DNA from: an uncultured Pirellulales bacterium
GTDB lineage: Bacteria > Planctomycetota > Planctomycetia > Pirellulales > Pb10988
Reading direction: 5' to 3'
DNA length: 64,000 nt
NCBI GenBank assembly: GCA_964648025.1
Contig: CAZYKP010000021.1
Coordinates: forward strand, 33,472-97,471
Positions within the stretch are counted from its first letter, which is position 1; every line of letters starts with the position of its first letter. Made by a program: the position numbers and the translations under genes. This document shows, piece after piece, positions 47,127-56,411 of the stretch. The notes below the pieces were generated by a model. That model worked only from the letters and a program-made list of their open reading frames with translations, had not been told where the DNA came from and ran no database searches.

Positions 47127-48542
47127 ATGGCGGTATTGGGGCTCGATATTGGTGGGGCACACGTCAAGGTAGCCGATGGGCAGGGGTACGTTGCCGCGCG
47201 GCCCCATGCTTTGTGGAAGAACCCCACTGGCTTGGCTCGATGTTTGAGAATCCTGCTGGAGGATGCCTACGCCCAAACGAGCGAGAGCCCAACGCAGTCA
47301 TCGGAGAACGCCCGGAGACAACCTGACCGCGACCAAGACCCATCCCATCAGAACGTGCCCCAACGCAGCGTGCCCAACCGCAGCGTGTCCAACCGCAGCG
47401 TGCCCGCCCAAGATGACCCGCCCGACGATGACATGGTGCACGCACACGCTGGCGGTGATGTCACCAAAATCGTTCAGGGTGAAGGAGAAACCGATCTCCC
47501 GGTTGCGGGGCCAGCTGGCGGGTCGACCGGTTCTCCCTCAGCGACGCCGAAGAGTCCCTACCTTCCGGCCCAGCTCCCAGGAGATCTGACCAGTTCGGGG
47601 AGCTCACCAGCCAGGCGTTTGCGAACCTTGACCAGTGACGATCCGATCTGCGTTACCATGACCGGTGAACTGGCCGACTGTTTTCGAACCAAAGCCGAAG
47701 GCGTCGAGGCCATCTTAGCGGCGGTTCGCGAGGCCTCCGAATCCCTGACTCAAGGCGGCAATCGTCCCAAGGTGTGGGTGTACTTGGTTGATGGACGTTT
47801 GGTCGAACCAGCCGAGGCGATTCGCCAGCCCCAGTTAGCCGCTGCCAGCAACTGGCATGCGTTGGCTCGTTTTGCCTCCCGGTACTCCCCCAGAGGAAGG
47901 GGGCTTCTCATTGACATCGGTTCGACCACCACCGACATCATCCCACTGATCGACGGACAGAACGTGGCCGTTGGCCGCTCCGACCTCCACCGGCTGGCCT
48001 CTGGGGAACTTGTCTACACAGGAGTCGTCCGGAGTCCGGTGGCTGCTGTCTGTCGTGTGTTGCAATGGCGTGACCAAGTTTGCCCAATTGCTCAAGAGCT
48101 CTTCGCCACCACTCAGGATGCTTACTTGATGTTGGGATTGTTGCCAGAAGACCCCAACAACTGCGACACCGCCGACAACCGACCGGCGACCAAGGAATAC
48201 GCTGCCGAGAGGCTAGCCCGCATGGTTTGTGCCGATCGGACGATGTTCACAGCCCAGGATGCCATGGTGGCCGCTCGCGCTGTGATGACCTCACAGGTCC
48301 GCTTACTGCGTCGAGCGGTCGAACGGGTGATCGCTGAGCGTCTCCTTGGCCCGCCTGAGGCGATCGTGCTGACCGGCCAAGGCGATTTTCTCGCTCAGGC
48401 GGTGTTGGACGATACTGTCATGCCGGCCTCGCCACCGCCGATCTTCCTTCGCGACCGCATCGGCAGCGGAGTCAGCCGATGCGCCACCGCCCACGCCCTG
48501 GCCGTTCTGGCCCGAGAGGAACACCGGATCGGCAATAGCTAA
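47127..48542 (+). CDS. Hydantoinase-A/ASKHA-like protein of the type linked to H4MPT-dependent C1 transfer, with a ~125-aa low-complexity insert
   Basis: ATG at 47127 gives MAVLGLDIGGAHVKVADG, then ICVTMTGELADCFRTKAEGV, LLIDIGSTTTDIIPL and ELVYTGVVRSPV. The insert lies at ~47265-47640 and contains a 3 x 15-bp repeat at 47360-47404. Confidence 0.7.
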   Translation: MAVLGLDIGGAHVKVADGQGYVAARPHALWKNPTGLARCLRILLEDAYAQTSESPTQSSENARRQPDRDQDPSHQNVPQRSVPNRSVSNRSVPAQDDPPDDDMVHAHAGGDVTKIVQGEGETDLPVAGPAGGSTGSPSATPKSPYLPAQLPGDLTSSGSSPARRLRTLTSDDPICVTMTGELADCFRTKAEGVEAILAAVREASESLTQGGNRPKVWVYLVDGRLVEPAEAIRQPQLAAASNWHALARFASRYSPRGRGLLIDIGSTTTDIIPLIDGQNVAVGRSDLHRLASGELVYTGVVRSPVAAVCRVLQWRDQVCPIAQELFATTQDAYLMLGLLPEDPNNCDTADNRPATKEYAAERLARMVCADRTMFTAQDAMVAARAVMTSQVRLLRRAVERVIAERLLGPPEAIVLTGQGDFLAQAVLDDTVMPASPPPIFLRDRIGSGVSRCATAHALAVLAREEHRIGNS

Positions 48543-48580
48543 TCCCCAGCCTCCCAACCCTTCGATCCGTCCCTTGCTCT

Positions 48581-48622
48581 GGCGAGTTCAGTTGGGCGAG
48601 TTCAGTTGGGCGAGTTCAGTTG
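48581..48622. repeat. 3 x 14-bp tandem array
   Basis: ggcgagttcagttg x3, 39 nt after the stop at 48542. A second array of about 3 x 16 bp (cagcggtctcccaag-like) lies at 48841-48888. Confidence 0.85.
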
Positions 48623-48918
48623 TTCTGGGTCGGTTGTTCAGGCTTGCTTGCCCGATAGTTTGGGCCCGCCCTAGTTGCTCCACCGGATTCTTGCGGACAA
48701 ACTGTTGACCGAGTGGTCGTCTTCTCAGACTGGAAGCCGCAAGAAACAGGCTCTCAGAGCCTTTGAACTCATCAGCACCTTGGGCCAGCAAGACCGTCGC
48801 TTCGATTGTGAGGGGTTGGTGGGCACAAGGCGTCCAGGGCAAGCGGTCTCCCAAGCCAGCGGTCTCCCAAGTCAGCGGTGTCCCAACCAACTGTCATTTC
48901 TCATTTTGCAGTCTCAAT

Positions 48919-50496
48919 TTGCTCCGGTTTGAGCATATTTCGAAACGATTTCCAGGCGTCCAGGCCTTGGAGGATGTGACCTTCTCGGTGGAGTGGGGTC
49001 ATTGTCATGCGCTGTTGGGAGAGAATGGGGCTGGCAAGAGTACTTTGGGCAAGATCTTGGCTGGGATCACCAGCCCCGATGCCGGCTGGATTGCTTTCGA
49101 TGACCAAGTTCACCGTTTTGCCACCGTTGGTCAGGCAGCGCAGGCAGGAGTCGGGATCGTCCACCAAGAACTGCTGTTTTGTCCCAACCTCTTGGTGGCC
49201 GAAAACTTGTGCCTCCATAAGCTGCCGGCAGGCCGCTGGGGCCTGGCTCGTCGCCAAATGATCGCCCAGGCCCGCCGTTTGCTGGCCGAAATTGGCCTGG
49301 AGGATCTCGACGTTGAGCAACCGATGGCGAACCTGTCGATCGCACAGGAACAACTTGTTCAGATTGCTGCAGCGATTGGCTCGGAGGCACGGATTTTGGT
49401 CTTTGACGAGCCGACCAGTTCTCTTGGGGTTCAGGAAGTTCAGCGGTTATTCCGCTTGATAAGACGCTTGCAAGACGCAGGGGTGACCATCATTTACGTC
49501 TCGCACCGTCTGGAGGAGATCTTTTTGCTCTGCCAGGCAGTCACGGTGCTTCGAGATGGCCGACATATCGCCACCCAATCGATCGAATCAGTCGATCATG
49601 ATCAGCTTGTTCGTCTGATGGTTGGACGAGAGGTGAAGCTGGCAAGACCACAAACTCAGTCGACCCTTCACAACACGTCGGCCGAGACGACTCATCAGGC
49701 TGTCCGGCTGGAGGTCCGCGATTTCTCATCGCCCGGCAAATTTGAGGGTGTCTCCTTGCGGCTTTTTGCAGGAGAGATCCTTGGGTTGGCCGGACTGATC
49801 GGAGCGGGACGCACAGAGGTTGCCGAGGCGATTTTTGGTTTGGATCGACGGGTCACCGGGCAGATCTTCATCGATGGTCAGCAGGTGACCATCAGAAATC
49901 CGCGCGAGGCGTTAGCTCATGGGCTTGGTTTGGTGCCCGAAGATCGCAAGCGGCATGGCTTGGTTCTGGGCATGAGTGTTCGAGAAAACACCACACTGGC
50001 GATTTTGCACAAGGTCTGCCTTTTGTTGGGCTGGGTGGATCGGCCGGCTGAACGCCAAGTGACTGAGAACTTCTGCCAGATTCTGAACATCCGCACACCA
50101 GGCATCGAAATCCCCACTGCGCAGCTCTCCGGGGGCAACCAACAAAAAATCGTGCTGGCCAAATGGTTGGCCGCCGGTGGCCGAGTGCTGCTGGTTGATG
50201 AACCGACTCGCGGGGTGGATGTTGGTGCCAAACAAGAAATCCACGAATTACTCGCGCACCTCGCCGGTCAAGGGCTGGGGATTCTGATCATCTCTAGCGA
50301 TCTTCCGGAGCTACTGGCCCTGGCCGATCGGGTTGTGGTGCTTCGCTCCGGCCGAGTTGTCAAGCAACTGACCAGCGATCAAGCGGACCCAGAAACCGTT
50401 CTGCGATGGATGGCTGGCTTGGAGTCGACCCCGGCCGGGCCAACCCACCGCGCCGCAGCTGATGGGGCTGCGGCCAATCCGGAAACAGCCCACTGA
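48919..50496 (+). CDS. Duplicated-ATPase sugar-type ABC transporter ATP-binding protein (RbsA/MglA-like)
   Basis: Walker A GENGAGKST, Walker B LVFDEPTS and LLVDEPTRGVD, signature LSGGNQQK. No in-frame ATG lies near the conserved N-terminus, so TTG 48919 (MLRFEHISKRF) is proposed. The longest ORF starts at 48763. Confidence 0.85.
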   Translation: MLRFEHISKRFPGVQALEDVTFSVEWGHCHALLGENGAGKSTLGKILAGITSPDAGWIAFDDQVHRFATVGQAAQAGVGIVHQELLFCPNLLVAENLCLHKLPAGRWGLARRQMIAQARRLLAEIGLEDLDVEQPMANLSIAQEQLVQIAAAIGSEARILVFDEPTSSLGVQEVQRLFRLIRRLQDAGVTIIYVSHRLEEIFLLCQAVTVLRDGRHIATQSIESVDHDQLVRLMVGREVKLARPQTQSTLHNTSAETTHQAVRLEVRDFSSPGKFEGVSLRLFAGEILGLAGLIGAGRTEVAEAIFGLDRRVTGQIFIDGQQVTIRNPREALAHGLGLVPEDRKRHGLVLGMSVRENTTLAILHKVCLLLGWVDRPAERQVTENFCQILNIRTPGIEIPTAQLSGGNQQKIVLAKWLAAGGRVLLVDEPTRGVDVGAKQEIHELLAHLAGQGLGILIISSDLPELLALADRVVVLRSGRVVKQLTSDQADPETVLRWMAGLESTPAGPTHRAAADGAAANPETAH

Positions 50497-50552
50497 AAGA
50501 TCAGGCCCAGCATCTCTGATTGAGGCCTGGCAGATCCCTGGGGAGATAGCCT

Positions 50553-51368
50553 GTGGATGTCATACTAGAATACGGCGCTGCTTTTCTGACGCTCACTTTA
50601 CTCGAAATTGTTTTGGGCATCGATAATATCATCTTTTTATCGATCCTTGTTTCTAAGCTTCCTGAAAAGCAGCGGCCAGCAGCACGATTCATTGGGCTAG
50701 GATTGGCCATGGGGCTGCGAATCGTCCTGTTGTTGTTCATATTTGTCCTGGCAAGGCTGACAGAACCATTGGTGACCCTCCTCGGTCATGAGTTTTCCCT
50801 CAAAGATCTTATTATGATCGGCGGCGGGCTTTTCTTATTAGCCAAAGCAACGCAAGAAATCCATGAAAAACTTGAGGGAGAAGAAGGACCTGCTTCTGGT
50901 CAGCAGACGGCTTCTTTTTCGTCGGTGATTGTTCAGGTGGTCTTGCTGGATGTGGTCTTTTCGCTTGACAGCGTGCTGACAGCCATTGGGATGGCCGGCG
51001 ACAAGCTGGTGGTGATGATTGCCGCGGTGGTCGTTGCGGTGATTGTGATGATGCTTTTTGCCAAGGTTGTCAGCGAATTCGTTCAGCGGCATCCCACTGT
51101 CAAGATGCTAGCACTCTCCTTTCTGCTGTTGGTTGGCTTTGCCCTGGCGGCTGAAGGGCTGGAGATCGAAATCCCCCGTGGCTACCTGTACTTCGCTATT
51201 GGGTTCTCGGTGTTCGTCGAGGCCCTCAACTTGCAAGTCCGCAAACGCAGAGACCCGGTTCACCTCCGCCGTCGGTACACCGCAGCCAACCAGTCAAACC
51301 CCGGCCAGCCAAACCCCGGCCAGCCAAACCCCGGCCAGCCAACCGCTCAGAGCCAATCTGCTGGCTAG
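50553..51368 (+). CDS. TerC-family integral membrane protein
   Basis: GTG start. LTLTLLEIVLGIDNIIFLSILVSKLP and a later FSLDSVLTAIGM. The C-terminus carries an in-frame 3 x 15-bp repeat (NPGQP x3, 51295-51339). Confidence 0.85.
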   Translation: MDVILEYGAAFLTLTLLEIVLGIDNIIFLSILVSKLPEKQRPAARFIGLGLAMGLRIVLLLFIFVLARLTEPLVTLLGHEFSLKDLIMIGGGLFLLAKATQEIHEKLEGEEGPASGQQTASFSSVIVQVVLLDVVFSLDSVLTAIGMAGDKLVVMIAAVVVAVIVMMLFAKVVSEFVQRHPTVKMLALSFLLLVGFALAAEGLEIEIPRGYLYFAIGFSVFVEALNLQVRKRRDPVHLRRRYTAANQSNPGQPNPGQPNPGQPTAQSQSAG

Positions 51369-51430
51369 GGGGCCCCTCAGCAGAACTCTCGCGGAGATCC
51401 CTGAGTTGCAAGACGATGTGCTTGTGGTCG

Positions 51431-51577
51431 AGTGATTCCGGGAAAAGTTCTCAACGACAACATTGCGGAAGGACCGAGGGTCCGGGCTTGCGGTGGTACC
51501 GCTGGCTGCCCCCTTTGGTCATCAAAAACAAGGGCAGACTGACATCTCTGGGCCAAAAACTTGCCTGAAACTCAGTC
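51431..51577 (-). repeat. Family B element, copy B5 (diverged)
   Basis: agtgattccgggaaaagttctcaacgac...gggcttgcggtggtaccgctggctgccccctttggtcatcaaaaacaagggcagac...ctgaaactcagt. Confidence 0.7.
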
Positions 51578-51626
51578 AAGGTCAACGTGAAGGCGAGGTC
51601 CTGGGTTCTTGACTGGACCTTGCTGG

Positions 51627-51857
51627 TCAGACGCCTCGGCCACGACGCTGATACCTCCTCAGCAAGTCTGTCAGCTTTTTCACCCGCTCAGGATACTGCG
51701 GATCAAGGTCCGTTTGCTCACCAGGGTCGCCAGCCAAGTTGTGGGGTTTGCCCGCTGGCTTAACTTCCTTGAGCTTCATCCGTCGGGGGGCGATCAATGC
51801 ACCTGATCCGGGACCCCTCTTGGCCAGCGTGAGCTGCAGCGAAACGGTGGTTTTCAC
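51627..51857 (-). pseudogene. C-terminal fragment of a sulfatase
   Basis: ...KPHNLAGDPGEQTDLDPQYPERVKKLTDLLRRYQRRG matches the characteristic sulfatase C-terminal tail (LYNL..DPGE..NL...P..V..L...L). No catalytic N-terminal part lies upstream. Confidence 0.45.
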
Positions 51858-52220
51858 GATCGGCGGGCTCGGGACGCAGGGGCTTCGTCTTGATCAAAGC
51901 CGATGTCACAATCACGCGTGCTGTGCGTTGAGATGCTCTTTGGCTATTGTGAAACAAGGCTTGAAACCTCAGGAAAATTGCTGATGCCCCCCAGAGCGAA
52001 TTCGAGCTGTTGGCCGCCGACTGTGGCAGAAACGAGTTGCCCAACTGCCGTAACTCTTAGAACAGTCCCCAATGTGGCTCTTGTCCCCAAGACCTCGTAG
52101 TCACCCGGGACCTTGCAGCCACCCGAGACCTTGTAGCCACCCTGCTTTTTGGTGGGTTGCAACTTGCTGGTCCTGACGGAGTCCGCCTCAGCCCCTATCT
52201 AGAACCAATCTGGAACAGTC

Positions 52221-54503
52221 GTGTTAGTCCAAATCGTGAAATATCCTGTTAAGAACGGATTTCGCCTTGTTCTCATTCAGGGATGCCTGTTGGTGTTGCT
52301 GATGAGTGAATTGTTAAGTGCTGGAGACCCCCGCATCGTGTACCCGGAAACCTGTCGAGTCGAGCAAGTCGACGTTTATCACGGAGTTGAAGTCGCTGAT
52401 CCTTATCGCTGGTTGGAAAACGACGTGCGGGAGGATCCTCAAGTGGAACAGTGGGTCGAGGCCCAGAATCAGGTAACCTTTGGCTACCTCAAGGAGATCC
52501 AGGAGCGGGAGTCTCTCCGCCAGCGGTTGACAGATTTGTGGGACTATCAGAAGTACTCGGCTCCCTTCAAGGAGGGAGGACGGTACTACTTCTTCAAAAA
52601 CGATGGCCTCCAGAATCAGTCCGTTCTCTACTTACAAAAGTCCCTGGACGAAAAACCCCAAGTATTGATTGATCCCAATACTTGGAGCGAAGATGGCACC
52701 ATCGCCCTTGCAGGGACCTCCTTCAGCGACGATGGACGCTACGTCGCTTACGGCATCGCTGAGGCTGGCAGCGACTGGCGAACGTGGAAAATCATGGAGA
52801 TCGAGAGCCGGCGGGTCCTGGACGACGAACTTCGCTGGATCAAGTTTTCTCGGATCAGTTGGACTCGCGATAGTCGTGGTTTTTTCTATAGTCGCTATAG
52901 CGAACCTCAGGAGGGAGAGGAATTTCAGAGTCTCAACCTCAACCACAAACTCTACTACCACCGCCTTGGCACAGCCCAAGCTGACGATGTGCTCGTCTAC
53001 AAACGACCCGATCAGCCGAAGTGGAGTTTTTTTGGTGAGGTGACCGAAGATGGCCGGTACCTGATCATCACCGTTGGCAAAGGAACCGATCGAAAATACC
53101 GTGTCTTGGTCAAAGATCTTGACGAACCTTACGGGATGCCCGTCGAACTCATCGACCACTTCCGCGACGAGTATTCCTTGATCGGCAACGACGGCCACGT
53201 GCTCTACTTTCAAACGGATCTGGACGCTCCTCGGGGACGAGTCATCGCTATCGATCTGCACAAGCAACCGGCAGGTCGGCAAACCTCATCGAAACAGCCC
53301 TTGCAAGCAGAACGCGGCCAAACCGAAAGTGATCAAGAGCAACCCGCAGAAGCAGAACCTGCCAAGACAGACAAGCTGGACTACCAAGAGGTCATTCCCC
53401 AGGCCGAGCAGACGCTCTCGTCGGTCAGTTTGCTGGGGAATTGCTTTGTTGCCTCGTATTTGCAGGACGCTCACTCTGTCGTCAAGCTCTTCAGCGTCGA
53501 CGGTCAGTTTGTGCGGGACATTGAGTTGCCAGGCTTGGGCAGTGCGTCAGGTTTTTCTGGTCGACGAAGTGATACCGAGACGTTTTATTTGTTCTCCAGT
53601 TTCGCCACCCCACCAAGCACCTATCGCTACAATTTGATCACCGGGCAGAGCACCTTACTACGTCGAGCCGAAGTCGAGTTTGACCCGGATGACTATGAGG
53701 TCAAGCAAGTCTTTTACAACAGCAAAGACGGCACCAAGGTCCCTATGTTCCTGACCTGCCGCAAAGGTCTGACTCTGGATGGGAACAACCACACACTGCT
53801 TTACGGTTACGGCGGATTCAACATCCCGCTGACACCGCGGTTCTCCGTCGCCCGTCTCGCGTGGCTGGAGCTGGGTGGGGTCTTGGCGGTGGCCAATCTG
53901 CGTGGAGGAGGCGAGTACGGAGAGCAATGGCACCAAGCGGGGACTCGTCTGAACAAACAAAATGTCTTTGACGACTTTATTGCCGCCGCGGAATGGCTGA
54001 TCGAGCAGAAGTACACTCAACCGGCGAAGCTTGCAATCGAAGGGGGGAGCAACGGGGGGCTGCTGGTCGGTGCCGTGATGACTCAGCGTCCCGAGTTATT
54101 TGGAGCGGCCCTGCCGGCGGTCGGGGTGATGGACATGCTGAGGTTTCATCAATTCACCGCTGGTCGGTTCTGGGTCGACGATTACGGCTCGGCCGAAGAT
54201 CCCCAGCAATTTCGGGCCCTCTATGCGTACAGCCCTTATCACAACTTGAAGCCCGGCGTGGTCTACCCGCCGACTTTGGTGACCACTGCCGATACCGACG
54301 ACCGGGTGGTCCCCGGCCACAGTTTCAAGTTCGCCGCTCGTCTCCAGAAGTGCCACGCGGGGGAGGGGCCGGTTCTCATCCGGATCGAGACTCGGGCGGG
54401 CCATGGGGCCGGCAAGCCAACAGCCAAGGTGATTCAGGAACAAGCCGATAAATACGCTTTTCTCCTCAAGACATTGAAGATCGACCTGGGGCAACAGCCG
54501 TAG
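52221..54503 (+). CDS. Prolyl oligopeptidase (S9A)
   Basis: VADPYRWLEND at the N-terminus. Catalytic GGSNGGLLVGA, DDRVVPGHSFKF and AGHGAGKP. GTG start. A low-complexity insert sits at ~53255-53400. Confidence 0.9.
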   Translation: MLVQIVKYPVKNGFRLVLIQGCLLVLLMSELLSAGDPRIVYPETCRVEQVDVYHGVEVADPYRWLENDVREDPQVEQWVEAQNQVTFGYLKEIQERESLRQRLTDLWDYQKYSAPFKEGGRYYFFKNDGLQNQSVLYLQKSLDEKPQVLIDPNTWSEDGTIALAGTSFSDDGRYVAYGIAEAGSDWRTWKIMEIESRRVLDDELRWIKFSRISWTRDSRGFFYSRYSEPQEGEEFQSLNLNHKLYYHRLGTAQADDVLVYKRPDQPKWSFFGEVTEDGRYLIITVGKGTDRKYRVLVKDLDEPYGMPVELIDHFRDEYSLIGNDGHVLYFQTDLDAPRGRVIAIDLHKQPAGRQTSSKQPLQAERGQTESDQEQPAEAEPAKTDKLDYQEVIPQAEQTLSSVSLLGNCFVASYLQDAHSVVKLFSVDGQFVRDIELPGLGSASGFSGRRSDTETFYLFSSFATPPSTYRYNLITGQSTLLRRAEVEFDPDDYEVKQVFYNSKDGTKVPMFLTCRKGLTLDGNNHTLLYGYGGFNIPLTPRFSVARLAWLELGGVLAVANLRGGGEYGEQWHQAGTRLNKQNVFDDFIAAAEWLIEQKYTQPAKLAIEGGSNGGLLVGAVMTQRPELFGAALPAVGVMDMLRFHQFTAGRFWVDDYGSAEDPQQFRALYAYSPYHNLKPGVVYPPTLVTTADTDDRVVPGHSFKFAARLQKCHAGEGPVLIRIETRAGHGAGKPTAKVIQEQADKYAFLLKTLKIDLGQQP

Positions 54504-54607
54504 CCCCTTGCCCCCCTGATCCGGTACAATTGACAGCTAGTTGAGGTACAGCGTAGCTGCGAAGATCTCCAAGTCGCTGGGAGTCGAGTCCTTCAAGAGT
54601 TCGGGAT

Positions 54608-55156
54608 ATGAATTCGTTACAAGGTCACCTGTTGCTCGCCTCGCCCGAGCTCCGCGATCCGAACTTCTACCAAACGGTGGTGCTGATCGTTCGCCACGAC
54701 GAAGAGGGGGCTTTTGGGTTGGTCCTCAATCGCCCTACCTCCATGGGCATTGCCGAGGTGTGGCGGCAGGTGAGCGATACCCCGTTTGAGACCCCCGATC
54801 CTGTCTACCTGGGCGGGCCCGTCCACGGTCCCCTGATGGCCCTGCATACTCAGCCAGAGTACGCTGAGATTGAGGTGCTGCCCAATCTGTGCTACAGCGT
54901 GCAAAGCGATCAACTCGAGCAGTTGGTCGCCCAATATCAAGGAGACATCAAGTTCTTTTTGGGCTTTGCCGGTTGGGGGCGGGGGCAGTTGGAGATGGAG
55001 TTGGGCGAAGGGGCCTGGCTGAGCCCTAAGGCCACCTCGGAGCAGATCTTTGAGACCGATCACACGCTCTGGAAACGACTGATCCAACAACACCATTCGC
55101 CGCTGCTCTCGGCATTGGGCATCAAGCACATCCCCCCTGATCCGTCCATGAATTGA
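54608..55156 (+). CDS. yqgE: YqgE/AlgH-family (UPF0301) protein
   Basis: LQGHLLLASPELRDPNFYQTVVLIVRHDEEGAFGLVLNRP. Confidence 0.9.
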   Translation: MNSLQGHLLLASPELRDPNFYQTVVLIVRHDEEGAFGLVLNRPTSMGIAEVWRQVSDTPFETPDPVYLGGPVHGPLMALHTQPEYAEIEVLPNLCYSVQSDQLEQLVAQYQGDIKFFLGFAGWGRGQLEMELGEGAWLSPKATSEQIFETDHTLWKRLIQQHHSPLLSALGIKHIPPDPSMN

Positions 55157-55247
55157 CCGTCAACGAGTTTCCTGGCTGAGGGTCGTGGCCACAGCCCAAA
55201 GCCGCTGTGGACCATGGCAGAATCCTGCTAAGCGCCTGTTCCTGGTA

Positions 55248-55326
55248 AGCGCGTGATCTTGAACAGCGCGTGATCTTGGAAAGCGTGATCTTGGAAAGCG
55301 TGATCTTGGAAAGCGTGATCTTGGAA
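55248..55326. repeat. 5-unit tandem array (17/15-bp units)
   Basis: agcgcgtgatcttg(a/g)a(c/a) x2, then agcgtgatcttggaa x3. Lies between the yqgE stop and the next ATG at 55409. Confidence 0.9.
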
Positions 55327-55408
55327 AGCATGGATCCGATGGAAACTCTTGGACACTGCCGTTGAGACTGTTTCAGGGCTTGAGACTGCCGAACTGAAGG
55401 AGCGACTG

Positions 55409-55879
55409 ATGAGACCATGGCCGTTGCAGGTGCGGATTGCCGGATGGGTGATCCTGGGGCTGCTCGGGGCTCTGATGACCTTCTCGGGTCTGATGAAGCT
55501 GTTTAACCCCGCAGCGATGAAAGAGCAGCTGGATCCTCTCAACCCCACCTTGATTGGCACCGGCGAGCTGATCGCCGTCGCGTTGATGCTCATCCCCAGG
55601 ACCGCGTCCTTAGGGGTCCTTGCAGTCAGTGGCTTCTGGGGCGGAGCCATCGTTCATCACATGGCCGAGAACACCAACTACGGTTTTCAAGCAGGCCTGT
55701 TGGCGTTGACCTGGATCGGGGCCTTCCTCCGGGATTGGCGGGTGTTGGCCAGTTTCTTTCCTGACGAGCTTGATCAAATATCCCGACCAACCCAGCAAGC
55801 AAGCGAATCTCAGACAAGCTCAACCCAGCAAGATCCTTCCCCCCAAGATATGCCGCAGGCAGCCGCCGAGCCTTCGTGA
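55409..55879 (+). CDS. DoxX-like small integral membrane protein
   Basis: ATG at 55409. Four predicted TM segments (WVILGLLGALMTFSGLMKL, GTGELIAVALMLIP, LGVLAVSGFWGGAIVHH, AGLLALTWIGAFL) and a Ser/Gln-rich tail. Confidence 0.65.
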   Translation: MRPWPLQVRIAGWVILGLLGALMTFSGLMKLFNPAAMKEQLDPLNPTLIGTGELIAVALMLIPRTASLGVLAVSGFWGGAIVHHMAENTNYGFQAGLLALTWIGAFLRDWRVLASFFPDELDQISRPTQQASESQTSSTQQDPSPQDMPQAAAEPS

Positions 55880-55933
55880 AACACTCGGCCGCTGGCGCCA
55901 CAAAGGCACCTTGCACCTTGAACCTTGCTTCGC

Positions 55934-56051
55934 CTGCGGAGGTTGCGGAAAATCTTGGCTTGTCCGGCCCAGCGGAAAGGCTGCCAATTCACCGGTCATT
56001 CCAACTGCTGGCGTGTTTTGGCCGAGCAAGAATCTTCCGATCGCAGCAGTC
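55934..56051 (+). repeat. Family A element, copy A5
   Basis: cctgcggaggttgcggaaaatcttggcttgtccggcccagcggaaaggctgcc...ttttggccgagcaagaatcttccgatcgcagcagtc. Confidence 0.8.
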
Positions 56052-56102
56052 ACACGTCTCGCCTCACTTGCCTCGCCCCACTCGACTTTGGGAAGAAAAC
56101 GG

Positions 56103-56411
56103 ATGTGGCTAAGCTTTGCGGAGCTCGAAGACCTAAAAAGCCAGTACACCGGCAAACGTGTTGAAGTCAACGCTCAACGTCCCGAGCTCGCTCGTTTCCA
56201 AGGACAGAGCGGCACAATCAAAACCATCAACATGAACGGCAGGGCCTTAGTAGAATTCGCTGACTACCTCAATAACCCCGGATGGTATGACATCCGCCTC
56301 AGCGATCTGACGATCCTGGAGACTCAAGGGGAATCCTCGTTCAGCAACAGCCCCTCTGGTGAGGTGCCCTCAAATCAGATCTCAGAGATCCAGCGAGAGG
56401 ATTCCAATTAA
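56103..56411 (+). CDS. Small hypothetical protein
   Basis: In-frame ATG at 56103 just downstream of repeat A5. The 102-aa sequence looks protein-like (MWLSFAELEDLKSQYTGKRVEVNAQRPELARFQGQSGTIKTINMNGRALVEFADY...). Confidence 0.5.
   Translation: MWLSFAELEDLKSQYTGKRVEVNAQRPELARFQGQSGTIKTINMNGRALVEFADYLNNPGWYDIRLSDLTILETQGESSFSNSPSGEVPSNQISEIQREDSN

Noticed and set aside
50515-50560. yybP-ykoY (Mn2+) riboswitch upstream of the TerC gene, suggested by cctggggagatagcc...gtcatac
   Set aside because: The similarity is limited to a GGGGAG(A)UAGC-like string. The putative element would overlap the well-supported N-terminus (MDVILEYGAAFLTLTLLEIVLGIDN), and only ~55 nt of leader exist. This should be confirmed with cmsearch.
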